Shown: piece after piece, positions 25,940-41,934 of the stretch
Position numbering within the stretch: the first letter of the stretch is position 1
Layout: each line of letters starts with the position of its first letter
From: the human T2T-CHM13v2.0 reference genome, Homo sapiens
Reading direction: 5' to 3' (one strand)
Assembly: GCF_009914755.1 (NCBI RefSeq)
Contig: NC_060934.1
Length of the DNA stretch: 64,000 nucleotides
Notes under the pieces: model-generated
The model's input: only the letters and a program-made list of their open reading frames with translations
Databases searched by the model: none
What the model was told of the DNA's origin: nothing
Program-made: the position numbers and the translations under genes

Positions 25940-26714
25940 TACTCTTCTGTATTTAGCGTGAAGCTGTTGTTCAGACATTGGCCATGAGACCACCCACTGC
26001 CATCTATATAAGTTGCCCCAGGTGAGAAATTCCTCTCAGAATCTAGTACAAAGGAAAATGTCATTATCCTGAAAGAGCCTGTGGTGTGGGTGGCTTTGGC
26101 CCCAGAAAACCTGCCAGGCCATTTTACTCTCAGGAATCTGAAGGCTTATTCTGTCATTTTCTCTAGGATCCCGAGCAAGAATTACAAGGGTGAGGTGAGA
26201 CTCAAAGAAAGTATTATTTATTAGAGATTTTCTTAAGTTGCACATAGTAGACATTCAATAACTGTGAGTTCTCTTTTGGTCCCCTTTTAATTCTGATAAT
26301 GAGAATAGTGTACCTAATCACACTTGGCACACTGGACTTCCAGAATGCCCAAAATCTAATTTTACTTTCAATGACAGCAGATACTATCATAACTGGCATT
26401 ATTACTTCCTTCTTTTCTTTCAATCTTATTTTTCCTTCTAATGCATACTGTATTACTCTTATTGAGTAGGCCTTTTTGTCAGTAAGCCATCTGAAATTCA
26501 TTTTTAGTAAGAGATGGGACATAAATCACTCATTAATGTATACACTGTGCTCAAGTAGATTTGGCACACTGTGAAATATTTTGCAGCTATTAAAATGGCA
26601 ATTATGAAACTATTTAGAAGTATTGCAAATGTCTGAGATATGTTTATTTGCAAGTAATATGAGACATATTCTCTAATTGCAACCATGTAAATATTTGTAT
26701 TTTAAGAATATGTG

Positions 26715-29700
26715 AAGAACTCCTGCTTCTATCCAAGATGGAATTAGAGGGAGCAAGTCTACACTTCACATGAAACAAACAAAAAATGTAAAATATATGG
26801 AACAATACTTTTCAAGTTAATGGACATAAGACAACAAATGCCAGTGATCCATGAAAGATAAGAAACAAATTAGAGAAGCCTTACAATTGTCCCAGGTTAT
26901 TGAATTAAGAGTATTTCCAGGCTACGGAACCGAGAGTGGAGCTACGTGGAATCAAGTGTTCTCCAGAGTCATGGAGACAGAGCTGAGAGTCAGGAAAGAT
27001 TGGGATGAGCACAGTTCACAAGACAGAGCACCAAAGAGAAGACAGGTGTAAAGAGAAAGAGAACTTCTGAGATCTTCAAAGAGTCCCCATGAGCACTCAG
27101 TTGAGTGCTGATCACCACATACATGTGGGGAAGCCACTCAAGGCTGGGGAAAGAACCACATAAAAAGATTGGAAAGAATGGTGACCAGTGCTCACCCAGG
27201 GCCAGAACAGTGTCTGCTCACACCCGCCAGACTGGAGAACTTCATAATTCCTAATACATTATTAGAACACTCAGATGGCTCTTGCCTCAACAGTGAGAAA
27301 TAATTGGTCATAGATTGATCACTGTCCTGAATCTGCCTAACCATTCTGAAAAGTAAGACCCAAAAGGATTAAACTATTTCCACGTAACTTAACTGGATTC
27401 CAAACAAACTTAAAGAACATTTATAAAATTACAAAAATATCCAACTCTCAATGAGGTTAAATCTATAATGTAAATTTACATTGTATATAATTTACATGTA
27501 GATTTATAAACTAGAATGTCATCTGATAAAAATTACCATGTACAAAGAAAGTAGGAAGATATGGTCACTAAATAGAAAACAAATCAATCAAAATCATCCA
27601 GAATGAACATAGATGTTAGAGTCAGCAGAAAATATTAAAACAATTATTATTGTTTAAATAACATTAATTATTAAAACAATTTTGAATATATTGTATTCAA
27701 TATATTCAAAAAGTTAATTAGAAACATGGAAAATATTTAAAAATTCGAAGAACAAAATAAGCATCAGTCAGCTATAGGACATCTTCAAGTAGCCTGACAG
27801 ATATATCATTTGTATCCTTGAAAAAAGAGACACACAGAAAATTGAGTTGAAGAAATAATAGCCAACATGTTCACAGATTATATGCTGAACAAATTCTAAG
27901 CATTAGAAACATGAAGAAAACTACACCAAGGCACTTCATAATCAAATTGCTCAATATCAGTGATAAAGAGAATATTTTGGAAGCAACCAGAGAGGAAAAA
28001 CATATATCACGTACACAGGGACAAAGATAAGGGTAACAGTAGATTTCTTTTTTGGAAACAATGCAAAGAAGAATCCAGTAGAGCAGCGTTCTTCTAAAAA
28101 TTTAAAGAAAAATTATCAGTATAAATTTCTATACCTACAAAACTATCTTTCAAAAATGAAAGCCAAATAAAGATTATTTTAGACCCACAAAGTAAATAAA
28201 AGGCAAACCAATTTGAAAAGAAGTAAAAATTCTCACAAAGAAAACCCCAGGCCCGGATAGATTTACTGGTGGATCCTAGCAAAGATTTAAGGAAGATTAT
28301 ACCAAATTTACATACATTCTTTGGGAACACTGAAGAGGAGTCAATACTTACGAACTCATTTTTGTGACACCAATACTACCCTGTTATCAAAATCAAAGAC
28401 AATAAAAGAAAAGAAAGCAACAGATCCTTGTCCCTCATAAGCAAGAATGCAAAAAATTTAAACAAAATGACACCACATAGAATCCAACAGTATATTAAAA
28501 AGATAATGCACTGTGGCCAACCAGTCCATATTCCAGGATTGCAAGGTTAGTTTATTATTCTAAAAGCAGTCAGTGTAATTTACTATATTAACTAACTAAA
28601 AAAGAAAAACCATGTGATTAGCTGAATGGATGAATAAAAAGCATTTGATAAAATGCAACATCTATTCCTGATCTTTTTTAAAAAAATTCAGCAAACATGG
28701 AGTAGAAGGGAACTTCCTTAATCTGATAAGCATGTACAAAAATGTATAGCTGTCTGCATAATTAATGCAAAAGATTGAATGTTTTTCCCCTAAAATCAGA
28801 AACAAGGCAAGGATGACCATTCTCAGCACCTTTCCTCAACATTACACTGGAAATTCTAGACATTGCAGTAAGCCAAGAAATGAAGATAAAAGCTATCCAG
28901 ATTGAAAAAGAAAGTAAAACTGTCTATAGTCATAGCCAATATGATCTTTCATATAAAAAACCCGATGGAATCTATTAAATACTAATAAGCAAGTTTGGCA
29001 AAGTTGAAGGATGCAAGGTCAATTCAAAAATCTATTGTGTTTTTATATAGCAACAACAAATAAAAGGAAATGTAAATTTAAAACACACTTCACAGAAACT
29101 TGTACACGAACATTTGTGTCAGCTTTATTTGTCATAGTGAAAACTTGGAAACAACCCAAACATCCATCAATGAGTAAATATATAAACAAATTGTATATAT
29201 GTATAATGAAATCTTATTCAGCAATGAAAGGGAATGAAGTACTAGTATGCTACAATACAGATGAACTCAAAAAATATTACGTAAATGAAAAAACTAGATG
29301 CAAAAGACCACACTTCGCTTATGAAATTTACATGAAATATATATTTAAAAAACCCACACCCATGGAGATAGGTGATTGTTACCTGAATCCACAAGGGGAA
29401 GCAGGGAGTGGCTGCAACTGGCCACAAAAGGTCTTTAAAAGTGTTCTAAAATCGCACTGTGGTGACGGTTGCAGAGCTCTGGAAATTTACTGGAACTGAA
29501 CGGTATGCATTTGCAATAGGTGAATTTTATGATGTGTAAATCATACCTTTAAAAAGCTGGAGTTTTTAATAAAAATGAATGAGTTATTAATACAGTCAAC
29601 AATGTGGATGAATCTCAAAATAATTATACTGAGTGAAAGAAGTCAGACAAAAAAAAGAATTCATAATCTATGGTTCCACTTATGTAAAATTCTAGATAAC

Positions 29701-29930
29701 TCACACTAATACATAGTGACAAAAAGCAGATCAGATGCCTGGGGAGCAGGAACAGCATAAGAGAAACAGGGTAGGAGGGGGCAGAGGGGAGAAATTACAA
29801 AGGGGAAACTTTGAGGCAGTGGATATATTCACTATCTTCATTATGGTGATGGTTTCACGGCTATATACATGTGTCAAAACCCATTTAAATACGTGCAGAT
29901 GACTGTATGCCTACTCTACCTCAGTATAGT
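26715..29930 (+). mobile_element. Old, internally deleted L1M (5'UTR, ORF1, ORF2 and 3' remnants); non-coding
   Basis: ccaagatgg 5' start; ORF1 remnant (acaccaaggcacttcataatcaaattgct); ORF2 remnant aagaaaaccccaggcccggatagatttactggt (KSPGPDGFTG motif); gatgaatctcaaaataattatactgagtgaaagaagtcagaca. Confidence 0.85.
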
Positions 29931-30009
29931 GGCTCTTTAAGGGACATGAACGGTAGGATAACTGCAAAAAAAATACAATTAGTTGTTAGAACGCTGCGAG
30001 TAAGAGTGA

Positions 30010-30349
<340 letters not shown>

Positions 30350-30636
30350 AAGAAAGATATTCTCATTTCAAATTGTTTAACTTGTCGTTACATTTTCACT
30401 AATTAAAATAACAATGTTTTTAGAAATAGCTTATTTTTCAAATAAGAAGGAAGGCTTGGAAAACCAGCAGAGTCAAGGGAAGATGCTGTTGTCGTTGGTA
30501 CTGCTGCTAAGGGCAGAAGAGCCCTGGGTGTGTTTTAAGACACACCACCAGAAGCCCGTAAGATGAAAAGAAAAGGCTTCTGTAAGGAGAATTCTGAAGG
30601 AGAACAGAACCCCCAGCGGAGGAATTATTTTCCCTA

Positions 30637-31095
<459 letters not shown>

Positions 31096-32688
31096 TCAAA
31101 GTCTTGATCTCATCAGAGGCTCTGTATGTTTCTGTTCCCATCTTCTTCTGCCTTGACCATGATAATGGTAGACCCTGGTAGCTGCTGGTCCCAGGTTGAT
31201 GGCTTGTGCCCTCCAGCATCCTCTCCCATGCCAGGCCCTTCACGCGGAGTTGCTGCCTAACATGACTGCAGAAGATTCCAGAGTGGATGCAGAAAAAGCC
31301 CCCAAGATGCAAGACGGAATCTGCTCTACACACCCAGAGCTCTGGGATCTGAGATGAAACTGACCAGGAAAGATCTGACCACCCAGTACAAAGCCTGGCT
31401 GGGCCAAGTTTCTCTGGGCACTCTCCCTATTGCTGTCTCAGAGCCCTCAGGCCAGGGCTGGACCTATCCCCCTGCAGCCCAGCCCCAGGCTGAAACACCT
31501 GCCCCTCTGAAGTAGAGCTGCCCATGGTAGCCCCACTCTGGTCTCTGCGGGGACTCCTAGGAGGGTCAGGGATGCCTGTGGCCAGCAGACTCAGCTGTCT
31601 CAGCTCAGAGTCAATGTAAACCAGAGTGAGGAACCCACTGGTATCCTGCATTGTCCCAAGGGGACCTGGTATTTGCAGCCTTCACCGGCCACATCCTTGC
31701 TGGGGCAGCTGGACTCACATAGCTGCTTCTGCCCATGTCCTCTGCCAAGCACTCCAGTCTCACCCGACTCCAACCCTGGCCCCAAACCCTAGGTCATGTG
31801 GCTGTGATCCAAAAGCCCTAGCGAGCTCTTGACTCTTCTGGCAGGCTGCATCCTCTTCTGTCCTCATTTTCTCCAGCCCCTTGTCCAGCTACTGACCACT
31901 GTCCTGCTGGCCAATGACCTGTCCTCAGATGGCAACATCTGCTGGGGGCAACTCAGCTTGATGGCTCCCCCAAGACCTAGAGTCTTGCAGCTCAGGTGCC
32001 TCCATGCAGCGTGACAACCTGGGTCAACTTTCCCAGCCCCACACGCCCCATGACTCCTGCCTCAAGAACCCACAGAACAAAGGTGTCAATAGACTTGAAG
32101 TTCATGCCCATCCCAATGCTGAAAAAAAAAAAAAAAAGAAAAGAAAAAAGAGTGACACTCTCTAAGCAAGTCAAAGCATAGAAAATGCTCCTTCGATACA
32201 TTTTTTTGCAACACCCAAACATCTCCTACCGATCTGCTAATACAGTATGTCGATGTTTACATGAGTTCTTCAATGTTAACTTTTGAAATGTTATACAAAT
32301 TACAATCCAGGTTTCTTCATCTAGACTCAACTACCTTTCTCGATGACATTTTCCATATTCACCCATAGGTAAACATATTCCTATATTTGGATCATGGGGA
32401 AAATGTCATGTCCTATTTCTTCTATTTTTCTACTTTCCTATCTCAGATTCACAGTAAGCACGAATCTGATTTATGCATCAGATTATTAAACTATTGATTA
32501 CTTCATCATCATTCTCCAGTTTGTAAACATGTATTTGGTTTCTAGTTATTGTTCATGATTACAGGTAACCCAGAGCTAATATAATGCATCTTTGTACAAG
32601 TAGTACTTATCTCCTTTTAAATTGTTTTCATATAAAAACTTCGCTGCAATGGGTTTCCCAAAATAAAGCTAAAAATATTTTATCTGTA

Positions 32689-32987
32689 TTTATTTATTTT
32701 TTTTTTTGAGAAAGAGTCTCGCTGTGTCACCCAGGCTGAAGTGCAATGGCACAATCCTAGCTCATGGCAACCTCCATCTCTCAGGTTCAAGCGATTCTCC
32801 TGCCTCAGCCTCCTGAGTACCTGAGACTACAGGCATGCACCATTACACGCAGCTAATTTTTGTATTTTTACTAGAGACAGAGTTTCACTATGTTGGCCTG
32901 GCTGGTCTCGAATTCCTGGCCTCAAATGATCCACCTGCCTCAGTCTCCCAGTGCTGGGATTACAGGCGGGAGCCACTGTGCCTGGCA
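32689..32987 (-). mobile_element. Alu (S/J) within a degraded antisense L1M region (~32200-34370)
   Basis: Reverse Alu; T-rich flanks with L1 antisense words. Confidence 0.88.
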
Positions 32988-34429
32988 GGTAAAATAATTT
33001 AATGCTACCTAAAACATTGTTCTACTGAAGGACCGAACTCATTAATAATGTCACTGCTAGTGCAGAAGGCACCTTTCCTTCAAGATTCACAAATGCTTCC
33101 CCCAGATTTGGGCTTATTTAATAGATGTGAAATTTACTTCACTAATTATTTAATTTCTATTTCTTTCCTTATAAATGATGTGAAGTAATTTCTCTTTTGT
33201 GTGACTTATTTGTGTATATGCGAGTATATTTGTCTACTGGAGACTGGGGGTTAATTTTAGAAATTTTATGAGCTCTATATATTTCATGTACTAAGTCTCC
33301 ATCTGTTGTAAGGAGATTTGAAAAATGTCAGAAACTCTGAAGAACATTTGGTAGCACTGCCCAGATGACACTTGGACTTCCTGCAGTTTCCTAAAATATT
33401 TTATTTTGCTACTATTTTGTCTTTATTTTAATTGTGCAAATGTTTAAATTTTACTCGAACATCTTTGTCCATTTTTTCTTCAAAATATCTTCAATAATGT
33501 AACCTGGTTTCTCCATTTGGTTACATTAACTATTTCTTTGTGTAAGATTTAATTTTTATTGTAATTCTTTGAAATAATTTTTGCCATATTGAAACAAAGT
33601 TATTCCAGTAGCACGTACAAAATAATTATGTCCTTTATGATGTTACTATACTCATTTGCCATGTTTTCATATGTACTTAAAATTATTAATTCATACTCTA
33701 TTTTATTTCCGTGGTCTGTATTTCTCCTTCTAATCCAGTGTTACACTGGTTCAGTTACTGTTGTTTTTTAACACAGTCTATTTTGTGAGATAATTATTAT
33801 TCTTTCATTAGCCCTCTAATATTCTTATCTATCTTTCCCAGCACACTGCAGAATCAATTATTCTGAATTCTATAAAATGCCAATGATATCATTGTTATTT
33901 TAACTGAAGTTATATTAAACCTACAAATTAAACCAGAAATAATGGCAACTTCCATTTGATCTCCCTACCCAGGAGTAGAACATATTTCTCTGTTTTCAAG
34001 CCTTTTTTTCCCCATTAAAATTTTGCAGACTTCTTTGATACATATTATATACCCTTACATAAGTTTAATTAATACATAATTCAATTTTGTGGCTATTATA
34101 AATCAGAAGTCTCTTGTTACTATAGTTTTGGCTGGCTAATAAAGGCATTTGAGTATCCAACTGATCTGTTATTGTATCTTTTGAACAGCAGTTTTTCTTC
34201 GCTGTTCTATTATCCCTAATAGCTTTCTGGTTGATTCCTTTAGCTCGTCTAGGTGTATAATCACATAGCCTTCTAATAGTGTTCCTTTTAAATCTTATTT
34301 CTTTCCTGTACTTTATTATGCTGCCGAGAAAACATAAATCTCTATAAAATAATCATTGTGAAAGTTCTCCCTCCATTCTTCCTGTTATTCATGCCAAAAA
34401 GAAACTTTCATTTCATATTTGACCTGTCA

Positions 34430-35140
34430 GTAAAACCTGCTGACGCCCCCTTCAAAATAGCTCTGTAATCCAGCTCCTCTCCATCTCCCCTCTACCACCC
34501 TGAGCTCAGCCACCCACCACTCTCACTTGGGATGATTGTGCTGGCCTCCTAATCATAAGTCAAAGATCACTAGAGGATCTGTGAGAACTTGTCAGATATT
34601 ATCACACTTCTGCTCAAAACCCTCCAAAGTCCTTACAGTCCCTTGCAAAGTCCTGTATACTCTGCCTCCTCCACCTGTCCGACTTTACTTCCTACTGCTC
34701 AGCATCAGGAGACTTTTCTTTCCAGCCACAGGAGACTCCTTATTATTCCCCGAGCACAGCAGATACATTCCTGCCTCAGAGCCTTTGCACTGGCTGGTTC
34801 CTTTGCCTGGAAAACCCTTCCCTGGGTATCTGCACAGCCTCCCCGCTTACCTCCTCCAGGTGTTTGCTCAAATGTCAGAGTTTCAGTGAGACCTTCCCTG
34901 ACTCCCTTATTTAAATGTGCTTCATCTTGTTCTTTGTTCCCTAAGCCCTTCCTCTTCCAGTTTTTCCTGTTGTACTTTTCACCATCTGACATTCTATATA
35001 CTTGTTTCTCATCTCCCTATCTTTTTTCCATATACATAATAAACTAAACTGTAAGCTTCAGAGAGCAAGGGTTTCTACCTGTTTTTCTCATTACTCTCTC
35101 CTTGGCATTAGAAAATAGATGCTCAATAAATAATTGTACT
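34430..35140 (+). mobile_element. L2 3' part
   Basis: cttctgctcaaaaccctcca; cctgcctcagagcctttgcactggctgg; tgctcaataaataattg. Confidence 0.8.
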
Positions 35141-36234
35141 GACGGAAAGCACACCTATGTTTTCATCAGGTTGCAGGTGAGCTGCTCTGAAATATCTAAA
35201 TTCAGTGTGATTTTTATCTGTGATATTAAGTGGACCTTTTTATCATATTGACGAAGAATATTTTTATCCCCAGTTTTCATGGGTGAGGTTAGGAACAGGT
35301 GCTGAATTTTATTAAACACTCATCAGGCAGATGTCATCTTATGTACCATGGCATCCTACAGAGGGGTAAATAGGTCACTAAAGAGCCTCTTCCTTCAGTA
35401 ATTAAATAAAGTGTGTCTCCAGGGATATACCTAAAAATATTGGATGTATTGTTCAGCTGGGCTTATTTCCTTCTCGTGGTTACAGGCCAATGGTTGATAC
35501 ACCAGAGAGCAAGAAGAAGAAATTCTAATGATTTAACCAACATGAAAATTAAGCAAGATGAGAAGATACCTTGCTGACATATTTCAAATTGACCCCTGTG
35601 AATATGTTTCATCTATTCGTGTCTATAGCACTGATTAATGGTTGTGTCTGGATTCATTGATGGGAGTTCCAATTATCAACAACGACTTTTATGCAGACAA
35701 TGTTTCATTGTCATATTATATAGCCTAGACTTGTCATTTCTTTTCATCTCTTTGATTACTTGATTGTTTTACTAACATTTGGAAGTTTCTCTATTCCCTA
35801 TATTCTTACAAATAATAGACTCACAGGTAAGAAGAAGTAAAAGGTAAATTTATTCATTTGGGCTTTAATTCTAACATGCATCTGTGATTCTAGCATGGAA
35901 AACACAAATATTTTAATAAATAAATTACATTAATATTTGTCTTTCAGTGGTAAAAATCTGCTGTTTACCCTAAGATTCTGAAGACTTAGAATTTTTGTAT
36001 AGTTTTTATACTTTCAATATTCAAAAGCCAATTGAAATTTTAACCATCAGAAATTCAGATATTTTGCCAATTTTAGGTAGTTTGGGTTCATTTCATGTCA
36101 ATACAGTCTTTCACTATCCAAGGTGAACATTATGATCATAATTTGTTTCAAGTTAAAGTTGTGTTCACAATACGTAGCACACAAACAAACTTCTTTATCA
36201 TCTTTTAAGTATCCAATGGAAATTTGCCATTTAA

Positions 36235-36785
36235 AGAAAAGCTAAGCCTGGCAAACACCACCTCAGCTGGGTGTATCAAGGTCAAACCAACAGCAATAAG
36301 TCTTGTTGGCATTACATACCTTTAATACAATACGATGAAAATGGCACACCACCTCCGTGATCTTTCTCCCCAAAACCCACAACCCCAGTCTAAGAATGAG
36401 AAAAGCATCAGGCAAATCCCAGTTGAGGGACATTCTACAAAACACCTGGGCAGTATTCCTCAAAGCTGCCAAGGTCATCAAACACAAAGAAAGTCTGAGA
36501 AAGTGTCACAGCCAAGAGGAAACTAAGGAGACAAGAGGACTAAATGTAATAAGGTATCCTGGACAGGATCCCAGAACAGAAAAATGACATTAGGAAAAGA
36601 GTATGGACTTCAGTTAATAATTACACATTAATATTGCTTCATTAATTGTGACAACCATACCTTAAGCTGTAAGACATTAAATATAAAGGAAACTATATGT
36701 AGAGTATACATGGGAGCTCTCTGTACTATCTTTGTAATTATTCTGTAAATTTAACATTGCTCTAAAATGAAAAGCTTATTTTAAA
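36235..36785 (+). mobile_element. L1MC-type 3'UTR fragment
   Basis: aaatcccagttgagggacattctacaaaa; aaggtcatcaaacacaaagaaagtctgagaaa; ctctctgtactatctttg. Confidence 0.75.
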
Positions 36786-36799
36786 AACTAGAGTTGTTA

Positions 36800-37115
<316 letters not shown>

Positions 37116-38059
37116 AGAGTTTTAACATGGCTGAAACTTGGCCAATGTTTTTAATTATTGCGGTGATTAGTTTTCATAATTGATGATGAAGATAGTTTGA
37201 AACCTGTATGAGAATATTTGAATAAGATATTTTATAAGTAAATAATAATATGCACTCAGGTAAATGACAATATGCATTCAGATGACTTTTCCTTCAATTT
37301 TGTAGAGATTTTGCGGTCATCTTTGGCTCGAATTATTTAGATGATTGTCTCAATATTCCATGCTGTTTATATTTTGAAAATAACCTATCTTTATAAAAAC
37401 TTGAACAAAGAGATGGCAAATCAAAAAAAGTAAGAGAGCAACATTGGTTTTAACTGATAAGTGGAATAAATAAAGAACAGATAAGGATCCTACTCAAAAA
37501 AGAATGCTGTGATAAATATTTTTGAAAACTGATCATCTCCTTGTAACACATACAACCACTGGATTTTTTCTCTTCATAAATACCGACTTCTGTGCACTAT
37601 GTTTATTTAAGGTGATGTGTATCTCTACAAACAGAAGACTATAAAGTATATCCACTGGTATCAAACCAAAAATCACCCTAGAATGCAGGGGTCACCAGCC
37701 AAATTACCACAGAGATCAGAGAGCTCTGGGCCTATTTACACCATCAGAAACAGAGCACCAGCCAGAAGGAAAACATCCTGCACCTGAGAACTGATGATAA
37801 ATCCATCATCATCCCACAGGAGCTAATGCAGTTGAGCCCAATCAGAGCAACAAGCTGAACGAACATGACCTTATACATGAAGTCAGCCTTTTTACTCATC
37901 ACCCTAGCTAGTGTCAAGGCAGAAAGGTCAAGCAAAGAGCGGGGAGCAAAGAAATTTTGGGATGTCTATCTCAGCATTGCTACGAAGTTGAGAGGACAAA
38001 TCCTCAAACCGTGACTCTCCATAACTATCTTGCAGGGTGTACAGACCCTCAAGGAGCAT

Positions 38060-38403
38060 TGTATTTGTCTGTTTTCACGCTGCTGATAAAGACATACCCA
38101 AGACCGGACAATTTACAAAAGAAAGAGGTTTAATGGACTTACAGTTCCACATGGCTGGGGAGGCCTCACAATCACTGTGGAAGGTGAAAGGCATGTCTCA
38201 CATGGTGACAGACAAGAGAAGAGTGCTTGTGCAGGGAAACTCCCCCTTATAAAACCATCAGATCTCGTGAGACTTATTCACTATCATGAGAACAGCATGG
38301 GAAAGACCTGCCCCCATGATTCAATTACCTCCCACTGGGTCCCTCCCACAACATCTGGGAATTCAAGGTGAGATTTGGGTGAAGACATAACCAAACCATA
38401 ACA
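38060..38403 (-). mobile_element. THE1A-like MaLR solo LTR
   Basis: tgtatt...ccaaaccataaca on +; perfect TSD agcat (38055-59 / 38404-08). Confidence 0.9.
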
Positions 38404-38573
38404 AGCATCAAGACCAAACACTGCCTAGCAAGGTTTAATATAAAAGAGAGTTCAGGGGAAGGAACAAACCTCAGGAGTTATTTCCAGAAGTCTAGCTTCT
38501 ATGACTATGAGCAAATTCATCACTGACTTGCTATGTTTTAAAGCATGTTTATATTTTAAATATGGACAATATT

Positions 38574-38962
38574 GACTGGGATTGGTGGCTCATGCCTGCA
38601 ATCTCAGCACTTTGAGAGGCCAAGGCAGGGGGATCACTTGAGCCTGGGAGTTCAAGATAAGCCTGGTCAACATAGTGAGACCCTGTCTATACCAAAAATA
38701 AAATTAGCCAGATGTGGTGGTGCACAGTTGGTCCCAGCTACTTGGGGGCCTGAGGTGGGAGATCACTGGTTTGTGAGTTCCAGGCTGCAGTGAGCTGTAA
38801 TCGTGCCATTGCACTCAAGCTTGGGCAACAGAGTGAGATCTTGTCTCAAAATATATATATGTGTATACACATATACATATATGTGTGTGTACACCAGTAT
38901 ACATGTACATATATACATATACACACACATATATATACACATACACATATATACACACACAT
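38574..38962 (+). mobile_element. AluJ whose tail has become a (TA/CA)n low-complexity tract (38851-38962)
   Basis: Diverged dimer followed by TATA/CACA mosaic. Confidence 0.85.
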
Positions 38963-40884
38963 TATTTACTAATGTAAAAATATAACCATATTAGCGTTTC
39001 ATAGGGATAGACTGAATGTGATATTTCTACTAAAGTCCTCAGGAAGAAGTTTACCTACAAATACTAAAAATATTAAAAGAGAAACTAGTTAATAAATTAA
39101 CCACATGCAATATAGGAAAATTTTCCATTCCAGAATATTTTTAAACACAAAATTATTCAAGTCACATGGTTTAAATACTGACGGCTGGGGGGATAGGGTG
39201 GGAATTAACCTAAAAATACAAATAATCCAAGAGAAAAGAACTGCAACATAGCTTTCCGCATTCTCTCCTAAATGTTATGACACCATCTCATGAAATAGTT
39301 GCCGTAAGTGTTTTATTTCCACTTTTGTCACTTGTACTTTCATCTCCATTAATTCTCATCTTAGCAATGATTTCTTCCACGGCTGCCCATGGGCAGGCCC
39401 AGTGTTAGCATGGAGTTTAAATGTTGTGTTTCTGCTTGAGAAACAGTCTAACCAGCTGCTGGCAGCCAGCACCTCACTCCATCTCTTAGTTTGCAACAAG
39501 AGGGGCCTAGGAGACTTTGAGCCTGTCCCAAGGCAAGAACAGAAGAGAGTTGAAGAAAGAACTGCTAGAATAAGAGCTAAAACAGCATTTATTACAGAAT
39601 GGCCAAAGGTAAATCCTCCCTCTCCCCCCATTAGGTTTCCCAAAAGAAAACACAAATGCAGCCTAATTAGACCCCGAAAAAAAATGCAGAGAATGTTTGA
39701 CATAAAATAATTAATGCCAAACGCCGCAAAGCCCAATAACTAGGTGGTAACATTCAGGTTCCTCCATTCGTTTACTGTGAAACAGTCTTAACCACACGGT
39801 TATGTTACATATTCATGTTCCTATACATCATGTGTTAATATACAGCAAGAGAAAATATACAAATGCTGGGAGTTCTACTTTAATTACCAGGGTTTTGCCC
39901 ATTTAGTTTATAGCTGCTGTTGGGGATAGGTGTTGAGTACGTGGATAGAATGTGATTAAGACTAATTTTACATAATATCTAAGTACTCCTCTCATTTTTC
40001 CACCAAAGTGGCCAAACACATCTCATTATGTCCCAATTATCTGCTTATAAAGGCTCTATAAAGCCTTTCCCAGGCTCACACACTTGCTAAACAGTTTTAT
40101 AAACAAGATTAGCCTTCCTTTTAGAATCTGCAAAGTGACAACTTCTCCAAGTCTCAAAAGTCCATTCCAAGAACTTCATTTCCATACTGGGTCATGCAAC
40201 TGCTTCTTCCCAGGAACACCATGGCTATTCTGTATGGGAGAGAGCTGAAGAGCTCTGGGCAGGGGCCACTGCCCATCAGGGGGTGTGCTGGCTCCTTGCC
40301 CGGGACAAATCCCTTGTGACAGCCTCTAATGGGAGGCAGGAGGCAGGGCTGCCAGCAGGGAGTTGCATCCACAATGGCTTCCTGCATTTAAACTTTGGAA
40401 AAACAGGGGACTAATAGCCTCTATAAGAAAAGGGAAAAAAAGGATGCGGAGTCCTTAGTCCTGGCCAGGAGTGTGGAAATTTAAGCAGCCTCCCTTTTGC
40501 TGCTGCAACAACCAGTCCTATGCTTCCGACCCCTTCTAGTCTCAGTATCCAAATCCAATATCTTACCCCAAATATAGAAAGAAACACTGGCCCAAAGGTC
40601 CAAATTTAAAACCCACTGATGTCCTGGTAGACATTTGGCAATGAGGTTATTAGAAATGTAATGTAACAGATTTTTTAAAATTTGCTCCATTCTCCTCCAC
40701 TTTTTTTTGGTATGGGCTCCTGTAGTTACAGGGGAATTTTAAGAGCATATGCAGTAGACAGAAGATGAAATTAGTCGGAATATCTGTAAATGGGATTGGG
40801 ATCAATGCACTAAATGAAGCTGTCTGTGAGGTTGCTCAGCTTTCTCAAGCTCGTAGCTGGTCAGTCCATTGATGTCTTAGATGG

Positions 40885-41387
40885 TGTATTAATCAAGGTT
40901 CTCTAGAGGGACAGAACTAATAGGCTAGATGTAGATATAAAGGGGAATTTATCAAGAAGTATTGACACATATGATTGCAAGGTGAGGTCCCACAATAGGT
41001 CATCTGCAAGCTGAGGAGCAAGGAAGCTAGTCCAAGTCCTAAAACTTCAAAAGTATGGAAGCCAACAGTGTAGACTTCAGTCTGTGGTCACAGGGCCACA
41101 AGTTCCAAAGTTGAAGAACTTGGAGTCTGATGTTCAAGGGCAGGAAGCATCCAGCCGGGGAGAAAGACGGAGGCTGGAAGACTCACCCAGTTTAGTTTTT
41201 CCACATTCCTCTGTCTGCTTTTATCCTGGCCACACCAGCAGCTGATTAGATGGTGGCCACCCAGATTGAAGGTAGATCTGCCTCTCCCAGTCCACTGACT
41301 CAAATGTTAATCTCCTATGGCAACACCCTCACAGACACTTTGCATCCTTCAATGGAATCAAGTTGACACTCGATATTAACCATCACA
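40885..41387 (-). mobile_element. MLT2A (HERV-L) solo LTR, MLT2A2-like
   Basis: tgtattaatcaaggttctctagagggacagaacta...caagttgacactcgatattaaccatcaca; perfect TSD gatgg. Confidence 0.9.
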
Positions 41388-41660
41388 GATGGGGAGAATG
41401 AGTCTAAGAGGAAGGGCAAGAGGGTGTCCTCAAGGTGAATTCAAAAAGGTCCTTAAAGAAAGAGGGCCCCTAGAGCAAGAGAGGCAGTGGAGCAAACTGC
41501 CAGTTGAACAAGTTAGACTGCCTGCTTGTACCCCACTTCTGGACTCTGACACTCAAAACACAGAAGTTCCCCCGAAAACCATCTGAGTAGGTCTGCTTTA
41601 AAACACCAGCGCATGTGCTCACAACTGGTTCATATTCCATTTGTGATTTTGTAAATAGGG

Positions 41661-41930
41661 TGTGATGATTGTTTTTCTGTGTCAACTTGACAGGCCTAAG
41701 GGATGCCCAGATAGCTGCTAAAACATTAATTCTGGGTGTTTCTGGAAGAGACCAGCATTTGACTCAGGAGGCTGAGTAGAGATACACCCACACCAAGGAG
41801 GGTAGGCATTATCTAATCTGTTGAGGGTCAGAATAAAACAAACAAAAAAAAAAAAAATTGAAGAAGAGGCAAATTCTCTCTACTTGACCTGGGACTTCCC
41901 TTGGACATCTGAGCTCCCGATTCTCAGACA
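41661..41930 (+). mobile_element. MLT2 (B-D-like) ERVL LTR 5' fragment
   Basis: tgtgatgattgtttttctgtgtcaacttgac...gggatgcccagatagctg. Confidence 0.75.
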
Positions 41931-41934
41931 TTAA

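Noticed and set aside
29011-29499. 162-aa ORF with L1-like residues
   Set aside because: Chance open frame in a decayed L1M; the surrounding ORF2 remnant is frameshifted and deleted.
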